Of a stretch of 64,000 nt of DNA, positions 27,134-39,027 are shown piece after piece. Both the position numbers and the translations under genes were made by a program. How positions within the stretch are numbered: the first letter of the stretch is position 1; every line of letters begins with the position of its first letter. Location of the stretch: positions 76,012,001 through 76,076,000 of the forward strand of contig CM060731.1 in assembly GCA_030704615.1 (NCBI GenBank). Reading direction: 5' to 3'. This DNA is from Takakia lepidozioides. Lineage: Eukaryota; Plantae; Bryophyta. A model generated the notes under the pieces. That model was not told where the DNA came from and did not search any database. It worked only from the letters and a program-made list of their open reading frames with translations.

Positions 27134-27754
27134 ATGGCGACCATGGCTGCCTGTTCGCAGGGGACGTCGTCGTTGTCGTTGATGCCGTCATTCGAGGGGC
27201 TACGTATTCAGAAGGGTTCGGTAAAGGTGGTTCCTTCGAGTAGTAGCAGCAGTGGTAGCGCATACGAGAGGTTGGAAGTAGTTGCTAATAAGAGAGTGCA
27301 AAAGAGACGGCAGGTTGTGTTAACGCAGGACGTGACATACTTGGGGAAGACTGGGGAACTGCTAACTGTGAAGCCGGGATACTTCCGCAACTATCTGCTG
27401 CCCTATGGCAAAGCTAAGGTTGCTACAGCTGAGCTTCTCAAATCCATTAGATTGGAAGAGGAAAAGAAGGAGGCTGAGAAGCGGAAGATAAAGGAAGACG
27501 CAGAGGGCATTGCTAGAATGTTCCAAACCATTGGTGTCTTCAATGTCAGGCGCAAGGGCGGGCAGGGCAAACAGATTTTTGGATCAGTCACTACTCAAGA
27601 TATCGTGGACATCATCAAAGCTAATACTATGAAGGAGATTGACAAAAGGATAGTGACATTACCAGAGATACGGGAGGTCGGCCAGTACATTGCAGAGATC
27701 AAGCTCCATCCCGAAGTGCTAGCTCAAGTGAAAATCAATGTGATTGGCAAGTAA
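27134..27754 (+). CDS. RPL9: Plastid 50S ribosomal protein L9 with transit peptide, single exon
   Basis: Ser-rich transit peptide, then VVLTQDVTYLGKTGELLTVKPGYFRNYLLP, IFGSVT and IKLHPEV. Confidence 0.95.
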   Translation: MATMAACSQGTSSLSLMPSFEGLRIQKGSVKVVPSSSSSSGSAYERLEVVANKRVQKRRQVVLTQDVTYLGKTGELLTVKPGYFRNYLLPYGKAKVATAELLKSIRLEEEKKEAEKRKIKEDAEGIARMFQTIGVFNVRRKGGQGKQIFGSVTTQDIVDIIKANTMKEIDKRIVTLPEIREVGQYIAEIKLHPEVLAQVKINVIGK

Positions 27755-28779
27755 AGTTTATTTCAAAGTAAGCACTTCAGTGTGACCGAGTGCTTCTTTC
27801 TTCTTCTTCGATAAAAGCACTCGGCATTGTAGCAAAATCAATTCAATTCGTTTGCTTGTTTGGAGTAGGCTGCTTAATTATGTTCGATTGGAAGCACTGT
27901 CTACCTGCAAGCTAGAAAATGGGGGAAGTGCCTCGCATTGCCACTGTGCAAGGTCAGCCGGGCTATGACACTCTTAATCTATGCCTTTTCTGTTGCTTAT
28001 GTCCGAGTTCTTCTCCCCAGCAGCCTGTGAGGCTCTGTTGAATTCAGCGATGCACTGTCAATCACCCTGGACGAGGGTTTTTGTTCTCCTTTTACGGGAA
28101 TGTTATTTGGTGGCAAGGGAAGGAATTTCCATCGCAAAGAGTCTGTTGCATTCTTCACCGTCTGCGACTGTGGCTCTTGTTTTTTACAGTAGGGAGAATA
28201 CCGAAAACTCACATTGTGTTGAAGCTCCGTGGCCTGGCTTTACTCCCACACACACAGAGACAGACTCATATTTGAGCTTGCTTTGACTTTCAGGTTGTGG
28301 TAAAATCGAAAAAATCCGGGGGGGGATGATGTTGTCTTGCACAGTGCTAGTTGGACTTAGTTTTTAGCTTGATCATGTACATGCAAATGGAAAACAAAGA
28401 ATGAGCGGAATGGTAGAGACCACCCTGTGGGGACGGTGCAGGGATAAGGGGGTTTACAGGTGAAGGAAGGGAAGGATTTAGGGCCTACATGTTTGTCGAA
28501 GGTATCCTTGGATGGAGTTTCCCTTCACTGCAGTATGAGTATCATGCAAAAATTCCTTTCAGACATGACACCCAAAGAGGTTGCCAAAGAGGTTGCCACT
28601 TGCAGCATTTTATCCAGTCTCCTGAAGAGAGCAGAATGAGTTGCTGTGACAGTGTCTTTATGCTTTTGGAGGGGTCATGATTGTCAACCATACCCTCTGC
28701 AGTGCAGCAGAGACTTAAGATCCTTCCCAGAGCTGGCACACAAGGGTTCCTTTCTCCAACCTCACTTAAGTCCCTGTTC

Positions 28780-29010
28780 AAAGTAGGCAGGTGTGTGTGT
28801 GAGAGAGAGAGAGATGGAGAGAGAATGTACTCATTAGACGGTGTTTGCCGTAGCCTTGTGGCCATACATCCTGTGACAAACTGACATCCTGCGACCAGTT
28901 TGGGCCGAGCAAGAGGGAACAGACACCACCTATGTGAGGGGCTCCTCTGATAGTGGTGCTTACCTTGGTATAAACAATTAGTTCGGGCTTTCCAGTATCC
29001 TCTAGAAAGC
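28780..29010 (-). repeat. Old dispersed repeat with an inverted copy at ~59890-60060
   Basis: Shared blocks aattgtttataccaaggtaag, gtgtctgttccctcttg and tatggccacaaggctacggcaaaca...atgagtacattctct. Confidence 0.75.
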
Positions 29011-29758
29011 CATTCAGACCCCAACAGGGCTAGGGCTTTAGGCTCAGCCTTGACATTTTCGAAGTTGGTGAACAGAGGTGCAGGAGCAATGTTCTTGATG
29101 TTGAGAATCCCCGGGACAATGTATCAGAACTGGATGTTGTCTTCAGGCTGCCTGCACATGGTGCAATTACAATCTCCTTTTCCTCTCTGCATCTGTTACT
29201 GCTCAAAGGGGCTGGTATGTGTGTGAGAGAGAGTGAGAGAGTGAGAGAGTGAGAGAGATATACACAAGAAGTCCACTGCCCATGATGCAAAATCTTAAGC
29301 TTTTCAATTATAAACCCTACTAGATCTAGCCCTGCAGAGTTCGCCATCATTCTTGGATGACTACCACACTTCTCCTGTGCACCTACTTTTTTAAGGATAG
29401 ATCCTTGACCCCAAAAGGTCTTAAGAAAATACTGGTGACTGCTTGTCATGCAGCAAACCTTGTGTGGAAGCAGCCAAAGTCATCAGATGTCTTACACAGC
29501 AGCTGTATGTAGTGCAGAATCTCCTATTACAGGCAGACTTCGCCAATTGATCTGTCATAAGACGTACATAGTGCAAGGGATGCTGGCAAGGTACTGGTCA
29601 GATTTCCAAGTTTTAGATGGTATTTGCATTGGAAGCTCATTCAGGTACTTTCCTGAGATCGTGGTGCATATCATCATTGTAGAGAAGCCAAAGTTCAGCA
29701 CTCCAGTTTCTGAAGCGAATTTGAGCAGCATAACAGTAAGTGTGAGCATGGTTATTAC

Positions 29759-30116
29759 CAGTGTTGGGTGGTTATTTGAATTTCGCTCTAATACCCGGCG
29801 GTTACCTATCTGGTTATATGTATATATGACCGGCGGAGGTGAAAAAATGAAGCGACCGGTCCAGTTAGGAACCGGCGGAGTTAGGAACCGGCGGAGGTCA
29901 CGCATTCAAAAAACCGAGCAAAAAACCTCTTAAAGAACTGCCCAATACCTGCGGTTATTTGATGAAAACCGTCGGTTATTTGAGAGTAACTGTAACCGGC
30001 AGGTTATATCTAGCCATAAAAAAAGAATAACCGCAACCGCAGGTTAATAGTTTTCTCAAATTTGAAGCAACCGGAACCGCTGGTTATGAAAAAAGTCAAG
30101 TAACCGCACAACACTG
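29759..30116. mobile_element. Non-autonomous hAT-type element (MITE 1)
   Basis: TIR CAGTGTTG...CAACACTG; 8-bp TSD GTTATTAC (29751-29758 and 30117-30124); AACCG/CGGTT subterminal repeats. Confidence 0.9.
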
Positions 30117-30124
30117 GTTATTAC

Positions 30125-31028
30125 CAGTGTTGTGCAGGTCAGGGTTTTGAAGGCGGGTACCCCGGCGGGTTAGGATCCAGGTTACCTGGACCCGTACCAG
30201 GACCCGTGCTATCACAAAAAACCCGGACCCGCCTGCTGGGTCCAGAACCCCTTAAACCCGCTACCCGTGGGCCAATGTAGCGGGTCAGGGTCCGGGTCTT
30301 AAATTTAGTTGGGGCATACGGGGTCCACCTTAGATCTGGTAGGTTTTGTCATATGTGTGGAGGGGACCAGCAGCAATAGGCCACTGCAGCTGCCAGCCCC
30401 ACCACCCACCACGTTGTAGCCCAGTGGTAATGCCCACATACCACCTCAAAAGCGGTTGTGGGTTCAATCCCCGGAGTGGTGTCACAAAAATGTGCCCTCT
30501 GGGACCATAATTTACACCTCCCAAAGGAGACGTCATATATTATTATTAGGCCAGATCCCACACATCCATGCTATAGTGATCTACCCTTGAGGCATATTAC
30601 TATTCTTAACATGTTTAAAGAATTGATATTGAAAAATAGAAAATGAACTCAAACTTAATTTAATTCTTATTCATGGTATACATATTCATATTCATGGTAT
30701 ATTTTGAAGGAATGTCTCTTAAAATAAAATTCATTATTAGGATTTAAAGTTTTTCCAGCCAAAAATAAATTTATCCCTAATTAATCTTAATTTTCTAATA
30801 TATTTAATCAATAAATTAGGACCCGGATCCGAACCCGTGAACCCGCTAATATTTCCCAACAACTACCCGGACCCTAACCCGAGTCCGTGTTGACAAACCC
30901 GGACCCCCACCCGGACCCGGATTTTTCAAATTTCAAAAACCCGGATCCGGACCCGGACTTGGCTCCGAAAAAAAACCCGCACCCGGACCCGGCGGGTTCC
31001 TTAAAAAGGCAGAACCCGCACAACACTG
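30125..31028. mobile_element. Non-autonomous hAT-type element (MITE 2)
   Basis: TIR CAGTGTTGTGC...GCACAACACTG; TSD GTTATTAC / ATTATTAC; many GGACCCG/CGGGT subterminal repeats. Confidence 0.9.
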
Positions 31029-31343
31029 ATTATTACTTTGGTTGTTCCTCCCTGATTGCATTGTTGGATTGGGTCAGGGATCAGAGGAACTCAACCTAAG
31101 CAATTTTGTCCTTAAGAAAGAACACTGAATTTTAGAATGATCTATTTCTTCAATTTGTCCAGTATCACAGGACATATTCAATGAAGCATTATTTACATGT
31201 CTTCTTCAGAGTGTTGTGTCCAAAGCACCTCAAGGGACATAGTTCAAGGGAGTGACCCTCCCTGGGTCTTATGTTATGTCCCAAGTGTACCTAGTGTTGA
31301 TGCAAGATAGTGATGTTGTCATTCTCACTTTGTGTAATAGGGC

Positions 31344-34300
31344 TTAAAATGGGCTCCGTGAACCTAAACCAACTTGCAGCCGGTGTATCTCTAGGTCAAG
31401 GCCCTTGATGACATAGTCTGTTACATTGTAAACACCGGTTTGTAGTAATTCTCCCCTCTGCTTTGACAGGCGGGCAATCTCGCCCTTGTTTGACATCGCA
31501 GATGATTCTATATCATACCTTCTATGACCCATGACCTTGCTCGCAATATCACTGGGTTCTAAGTGAAGGGAAGGGTCCTCCAAAGCTCCAGTTTTTCCTT
31601 TACTTTCTGGCTCCTGAACTATACACACCTCAAGCAAACCTTTCTGCTTCTGTCCCATCTCAGCAAGAGGCTTTTCGGATGAAGCTTCAAGCCCAGTTCC
31701 AGGACTCTTACAGTGGTTATCTTGTGAGTCCTGAAAGACCCGCAAGTCTGTAACACCCTTTCCACCCACAGCTTCAGCTTGTGTCAAAGTTTCAATGCTG
31801 CTGAGGGTTTCTATGCCACTGACATCAAGACCCTCTTCCCCCAGCTTCTCAGGAACACTTTGTAAGACAGGGGCTGGTGCTGCCTTCATAGCTCCTTTCT
31901 CATACAGCTGGAGGTGCTCCAACTGCTCCTTCAGCTGCAGCAGCTCCAACCTATCCTGTCTCACTTTCTGTGCCTGGGACTCCAGAATAGATGCAACCGA
32001 CTGGGCATCAAGCTGGTCCTGCAAGTGCACCACCAGCTTGGTTTCTGCCGCAGTATGCTCACGATGAAAGCTTGCCAGCTGCTTCGCCATCCTCAGCACC
32101 TACTTGCAACTCAAGCAGCTTTGGTATTGCAGACACAAGTGTCTATAATGACCTCACTGGATCCAGTAACAGAACTAGCAAAATAGATATTGCTGGAAGG
32201 TGTTGATGGCAATCAAGGGATGTCAGCGGAGTAAGTCAATAGCATGTAGCCTTCAGGTTCAGATCAACATGAACTGCATTGTCAGTGCACTTTTGAGTAA
32301 CAGTATAGACATCAGCGGCACTCCTCCAGGTTTGGAGACTTAGGTTTCAAGTTATAACTCACTTTCCACAAGCATGACTCGAACAGAAAATTCTGGATTC
32401 TCATTAAAAGGTGGGATCCAGATTTGATATAGTTCTTCTATGTATTTTCATTCTGCCTTCCATAGATGTACAGCAGGTCACAAAATCATTGTCACATGTT
32501 AGTACCCTCGTTTTTCTTCATGTTTGTGGATACCTGAGCTTTGTAACCATTACTCGCCTGCACAGCCAACTCAGCTCTCCTCTGACAGTCACTACAACAC
32601 TGCTTCAAGGCAGTGATCTGGGATACCAGTTCAGTCTCTGAGGTGCCTCTCTGTGTAGCTCGAAACTCCAGAAACTGTTTCTCTAGGGTTGTCAAGGATG
32701 CATTAGCAGTGGACACTCTCTGCTCCAGCATGGCATGCTGCTCCTGGAGGGCAACATACTTGGAGTGTTCAAGCTCAACCCGATGCTCACACTCACCCTG
32801 CAGCCTCTTCATTGCCACCTGGAGAACGACATGCTCTAAGTGTCTAGTGAAGGAAAATGAAATTGCAGAATCTAAGCTGGTTGACCGACTGAGCTCTGTA
32901 AAAGGATTTGTTTGAATGCTTCACCTGTGCATCGGAGGAACGCCTGCCATACTCCCATTTGAGGGCTGCTTGACGGTGTGTAGATTCTTCCTCTGCAAGA
33001 ATGATGGCCCTCTCTCTCTTCTCCAACTTGAAAAGCTTTGCCCTGTTCTCAGACAAACCATACCACCAAGTGTTAAAAGCAACAATGAGAATTTGTACAG
33101 TAAGACATTGCTGCAGTGAATCTTAATGGAACATAGGCTAAATGACTATCAACTTTTTGCAGGTTTGTTCTGAAAGAATCCCCGGAATTTGTGAACAACA
33201 AACATTTCAAATCCATTCAATGATCTAAGAAGCTCACTGTAGCCTGCACTCTATATTGGCCTGTTCTAACTGCACAGAACGTGTCTCAAGCTCACGGTGC
33301 TTATTTCTCTTAATCCATTCCTCTTCAAGCATGTTCATCCTGGCAACTTCTTTCTCCTTCATTTCAGCTTGCCACTTGGCCTCCTCTGTGCGGCGCCACA
33401 TTTCAAACTCCCATGTCATTTTGTATCCAGGGTGTTGCCTGTTTTCTTCTACCATGATCTCTTTGGGGTCCAACTTTTCACCCACATATGCAAGACGTCG
33501 CTTGGGAGGGCTCCTGCTCCTCTTGTTGCTGGTGACTTCACTTTCAGATCTTGTTTTACCCACTGGAACTTTACTTTCATCTGAATCTTCAGTGCTATTG
33601 TCATCTGGCAGTTTACTTTCCTCTGCCTGACTGTAGAAACCTTGTCGGCTAAAAAGACGGCCCACATCTAGTCTTGGATCATTCCAGCCAGGTTGACTGA
33701 TTCTTCGAGGGGGACCTCCAACCCTAAGAAGTTTATTCTTGTTGAAAACCTTCACAGGACCCAGTTCTTGAACTGCCAGCACAACGTGTACAGACCCAAT
33801 CTTTGCCTGCCATTGATGATTTCCTGCTTCAGAGTGATTTACATTGACTGAGGTGAAGGCAGAAGGGACCTCAGACAGGGATGATTTTTCTAATCTCAAC
33901 CTGGCATCATTCGGTTAAAGTAACATCCAGTTTTGGTGCCTTAGGTGGATGAACATATGTAAGCAGATCATTTCTTCAAAGGAAATGACAGGCATATTTC
34001 TGGCTAAGCATGAAGCTGGTTATTGGTTACCTTATCAGTTCTGCCCAGGGTGGGAGCTCCAAAGACAGGAGCATGGATTTCCAGCAGGGGCTGCTCTATC
34101 AGCCGGTTCATGGGTATATATGCGACTCCCACCACAATGTCTGCCTCGTACCTGTATCATGTCATCATGCATAAGCTTTTGGTCACCTAACCTATTCCAT
34201 GGCCACACCCGGGACAAAAACAAAACATGCAGTCACCAGAACATCCAACATGCTACAGGGACCCTTAACATATACCGCTCACATAGAAGGCATAAAATTG

Positions 34301-36315
34301 TGATTGAGCTGAAGTTGTGTGCTCTTCATTAGATCTTACCACCCCTAACCAATCCCCAAGTTTGAGAGGCACCAATTCATTTTTCATCTTCCCACTAACA
34401 GAGGCCCCATGATCCAAGTCCAAACAGACAATTACTATCTTATGTCATAAATCCATGGATGTAACAGGGTAGTTGGCAGATGGGCAAATAGCTGGCCCCC
34501 TCGTTGTCTAAAGATTATGAAGTCAATTGTAGACAGATCAATCATCTGAGTATCGATGAGGATAGGCCTCGACACAACTTGAAGGGAATTGTTTTCCTGA
34601 AGCATGTCCTGGAGGCATAATTTGCCAGAAGCAGCTTGCCATATGTTCTGCCATTTTAGATATCAACAAAAAATCCTGGAAGCTGCCAAACAAACCCTAC
34701 TTGTCGTGGTGAAGAACGTGAATGATGACCTGAGGCTGCAGCGCCAGCATGGCAGCCATGCCATGAAAAGAAGCAGGCAGCTCCAGCGTAACATAACTGG
34801 ACAGTCACCCATCATCGCCACCCCACATTCAATGAATCCATCAGCCCTCTGTGCTGTGGGTGTGTGCTTTGCCTTTGCCCCCTCTGTTTGTCCAACCCAC
34901 CCCACAACCAATTGCATTCTCATAATTAGACCTTAACTTATCTCACTTTATAAAAGACACAAACATGAGAACACACAGATGAACTTCTTTAGATGCCGGT
35001 AACAAATGTTCCAAGCTCGAATCATCCTTCAAAGCACTTGATAATTTTGAGATTCTTCAACAACCGTAGATGAAAGGCAAATCACAGGTTCAAATTGACA
35101 TACAATCAATGGCAGATGACTTGTGCAATCTCACAAGAAGTTTGGTTAATATTGTTATTTGCCTCTGGGACAGACAGAGAAATGTCGTATCTTCAACTCC
35201 AGAAAAAAGCAGCACACCACTGTACTCAATTCCTGTACAATTATCTTTCAACATAATTTTTTTCTGGAGGGTTTACACATGGAATTCATTGAACCAATCT
35301 TATCTTGAGTCCTTTACTCTATGCACCAGCATTTTCCATCTGCGTCCATCTAGAAAATTTGGTGAGAGATCTTAAGAGACAACCCCACAAAAAGGACCTC
35401 CATGTTGCTTCTCCCTACATACATGTGTGCCTATGACAAGGATCACCCAAATCTTGTGTCATACAGATAGCCCGGCGTATTCTTAACTCCATATCCAGAG
35501 TTGATTAGAAAGTGAGGAGAACATTTCCCTACTCAGCTTCAATGAGGTTATGACAGTTCAATGCTCAAAGTCTGCTGGAGTGCAGCATCAATGCAAGCAG
35601 GCAGAGCAACACTGGGGTGACATTCTGTTCTATAGCCACAAGGCTTAAGCATATCCATAATGGCAAATTAATGCGCCTCACAAATTGCAAATCCAACCTC
35701 TGGAAATTGGCAAGGAGAAGTTTTTCCCTTCTGCAGATTAAATTCAATGGGGGCCTCCATGAAAAGGCTCATCCAAATCTAGCATAACTTGTACATGCCA
35801 GGCTTCAAACTAAGTTACAAGTACACAGTTTGACTGACAGATCTTGTTCTAAGATGCTCAACGAAGCATTCATGATGTAAATGAAATGTGTGATAGACAT
35901 TCAAGGATTCATTGCAGAATGTACCATGCAAAGTAGAGAGAGAGAGAGAGTCAGAGAGAATGAATTCGGGCTGGACAAGATGAGAGAGAGAGACAGAATA
36001 CCCATTACGAATGCTGACTTCAGTGCCTCTGCTGACTAGAACAGGAGGGTGGAAACGGAGAGGGGTAGAGACCTTCGAGGGAGTGTTACAGGAGGCCACA
36101 GCCAGGCTCACTAATTCTGCTGGTAATAGAAGCCGAACAGATGCATTCACTGATCGCCTGGGTAAATGCATGTTAGCCTTAAAGCTTCGCACATCTACGC
36201 TTACGCGGAATACTCGAATTTCTTTGTCTCGTCTTTTACCCTCTGTTTCTCCCTCGCCGGGATATGCTCCATCACCGTCGCTGGATCCTTCCTCGGGAGA
36301 ACCCCAACCCTCCAT
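31344..36315 (-). CDS. CEP120: Centrosomal protein 120-like (C2 domain plus coiled coil), multi-exon
   Basis: FRVSVDVRSFK C2 start, YKMTWEFEMWRRTEE, a long coiled coil and C-terminal ELLQTGVYNVTDYVIKGLDLEIHRL resemble CEP120. The true start is uncertain. Confidence 0.8.
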
Positions 36316-36454
36316 CGGTGGACCTCCCTTGAGAACAAAGCAGCCCCGCCTACTAGTTCCAGGAGTGTCCTTCTCTCTGAGTCTCGACGTCTTGGCAACG
36401 CATGATAAACCTTTATATGTTCTCACCTCTCACACACGCACTGTCGTTTAGGCT

Positions 36455-37060
36455 AGTAGCTAAATTTTTTCGTCGGCACTTTTTTTGGAGCGAGGGGGAA
36501 TGTAGAATATATAAGAAAGCCACCCAACCGAGCTTCGCAAGGTGGCTGAAACCTCCACCTTTCTCTACCTGCAAATTCTGCTAGTGCTCATCAAGTTTGG
36601 AGAAAGATCCATTTCCTTGCAGCGAGGAGGCTGCACTGACGAACCCCGGCCATGAATCAGCTTCAAGAAGAAAAGCACCCAGAGATTTTCAACCTGTCGA
36701 AGCTCTCACAATGCTCCAAAAATTGCAGAAACCCACAACCCAGACAGAATGCAGCGTCACACAAGAAAGAATGCAGCAACACTGACAGATTCTGCACAGT
36801 GACAGATCCAAGTATCCACCGTTCCGCAGCGATCTGGGAGGCATGGAAAGCTGCACAATCCAACAGGCCCTCTGCACACTGCTGCATCACAGGGAAGCCA
36901 GGGTTAGTGCTAACCGTCGCCCCCTGCGAACTTCCCGAATAACGTTGCCAAGAGCCCAAAACAAAACAAATAACCCACTCCACGACCATGCATACAATTA
37001 TCCCATATCGTTTGCCCGCGCTTGTTTGTGCATCCCAGTATAAAGCTACCGCTACCCCTA
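36455..37060. repeat. Local segmental duplication; copies at ~44795-45405 and, partially, 43185-43430
   Basis: Long near-identical blocks, e.g. gggaggcatggaaagctgcacaatccaacaggccctctgcac and cagtataaagctaccgc. Confidence 0.9.
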
Positions 37061-37182
37061 CAAACCTCTGTTTTATCGCTTCTGATGGAGTTGCAATGAC
37101 ATAATTTACATATGAAACAGCCAGTGTTTTTGCTGCTTATGAATTTGAGTTTGGTTAAGTGCTAAGCACAGCTGGTCTTAAC

Positions 37183-38333
37183 CAGTGTTGTGCGGGTATA
37201 TTGATTTCAATATACCCTTAGGGTATAAGTAAATTATTTTTGTCAAATCATTTACCCTCCGGATATGGATAAATTGAAATCTCAAAAAATTATTTACCCT
37301 CCGGATATGGGTAAATTAACTTTTCAGATTTCTATATAACCCCCGGGTATGGATATATATGCCAAAATATACCCTGAGGGTATGACTAGTTTCCGGGCAT
37401 GGATAGTTATTTCAATTAATATATAATTTAATGTTTTAAAGAATATACGATGTTTTTTATTTTATTTTTTGTTCTTCAATATGTACAAAACACAAAAAAT
37501 ACAATCTATGGTAAAAGAGAAAATTGATAAGATATTGCATAATATTTTGGTGTTAACTTCCAATGAAAGATGGAGGACTCCTCGGAGGTTTGAGATTAAA
37601 AAAAAGGCGGTTTACGGCCATCTAAGGGTTTGATATTTTCCCTTCAATAATTTTTAATAAAGTTCTCAAGGGCTACCTCCCCTTTCCAAAAAAAAAAAAA
37701 AACACGTTGGCTGGTAGCTAGTGAGCTGGTAAGTGCACAGTGTGTGCCGCTCTGGTGGTTTGGGGTTCGAACCCGCTGCCCTGCCCCGTGTATGGGATTA
37801 TTCATGACGGTATGTCTGGGCGTTGACTGTCATGTAGGTCTCATGGCCCATAAATGAAAGGGGGTTAATCTTTCCCCCTCCTCAAGGGCTGTCATGTTTT
37901 CTTATATATATATATATATACATAAGCGAGATTCGAAGAGGTATTGTTTGGGTTATATGACATTTTAGGAATGATATATATGTAGCATTTGTTTTAGCTG
38001 TGATTGGAGCTTTCTTATAGGTCAAGGCTCCCTAACAACACAACAAAAAGAGAAAAGACCTAGCACATAAAGGCTATGAAGGCACATAAAGGCCCTTATA
38101 TACCCTGATTAGATATACCCTTCATTTTAGCATATACCCTTCAGAAAAGTAGGGTATATTGAGCGTCTTGATGCAGGTAAATATAAGGATAAGGGTATAT
38201 CATAAAAATATACCCTGATATAAGGGTATACATCCGGGTACCTAAACTTGCCACACCAGGGTATATATATATCAATATACCCTGATATATCCGCCGGGTA
38301 TATCAGGGTAATTCATATACCCGCCCAACACTG
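37183..38333. mobile_element. Non-autonomous hAT-type element (MITE 3)
   Basis: TIR CAGTGTTGTGCGGGTAT...ATACCCGCCCAACACTG; TSD GTCTTAAC (37175-37182 and 38334-38341); ATACCC/GGGTAT subterminal repeats. The empty paralogous site ggtcttaactt is at ~43560. Confidence 0.92.
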
Positions 38334-39027
38334 GTCTTAACTTGACCATGAGAGATACCTCGAGGTGATAGTCAACCTAATGCCAACAGATCAACTCGGC
38401 TACAAGGCAGCCCAGGTCTTTTAAACATCAACTCCACAAAATCAATAGGGCTGCATAACGGTCCACTTCAAGTCCAACTAGGCTACAGGACTGATGTGGT
38501 GCATCAATTCCAGACTTTGAATCCAGAAAAGCCAGAGAAACGTAATCACGAGAACGTCTCAACTGCTCCACTCTTCATTGAAACAAAGGTTTGACTGGTG
38601 CAAGTGTGAGCTTAACCCTCTTAGACTCTCCCCCGTTGATCGCAGTGTTACAAGATTTGGAGATTTCTTTTGACAAGAGAGGACGCTTCCTACCCATAGC
38701 TGCGAGATCACGCTCATTGGTCATGCCGTTTTTTGCAGATTGCCCACGTGAGCCTCTGGAGCTGCTTCCCACAACCAAGTCAAATCCCGCAAATACTCTT
38801 GTTTCCACATGATGCAGATGTGCACAATCTTATTCCTAGCGCACACCGCCCAACCCAGCCCAACCCAGTAAACTAGAACACACACATACACACAAAGACT
38901 ACATTGCGAGTGAGTGAATCAACGAACACACCTACAGCGCAAAACGAGAGCTTGCAGAGAGAGAGCTGCGAGACAGGCGGAATGAGATGAGGCCCCGTCA
39001 TACTTGTATGTCTGTTCACCTATTTTT

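Noticed and set aside
30415-30490. Functional tRNA gene
   Set aside because: A and B boxes are present but there is no convincing cloverleaf or acceptor stem; treated as SINE-like.
30887-31099. Pro/Asp-repeat ORF (PDPHPDPD)
   Set aside because: It is a translation of MITE subterminal repeats.
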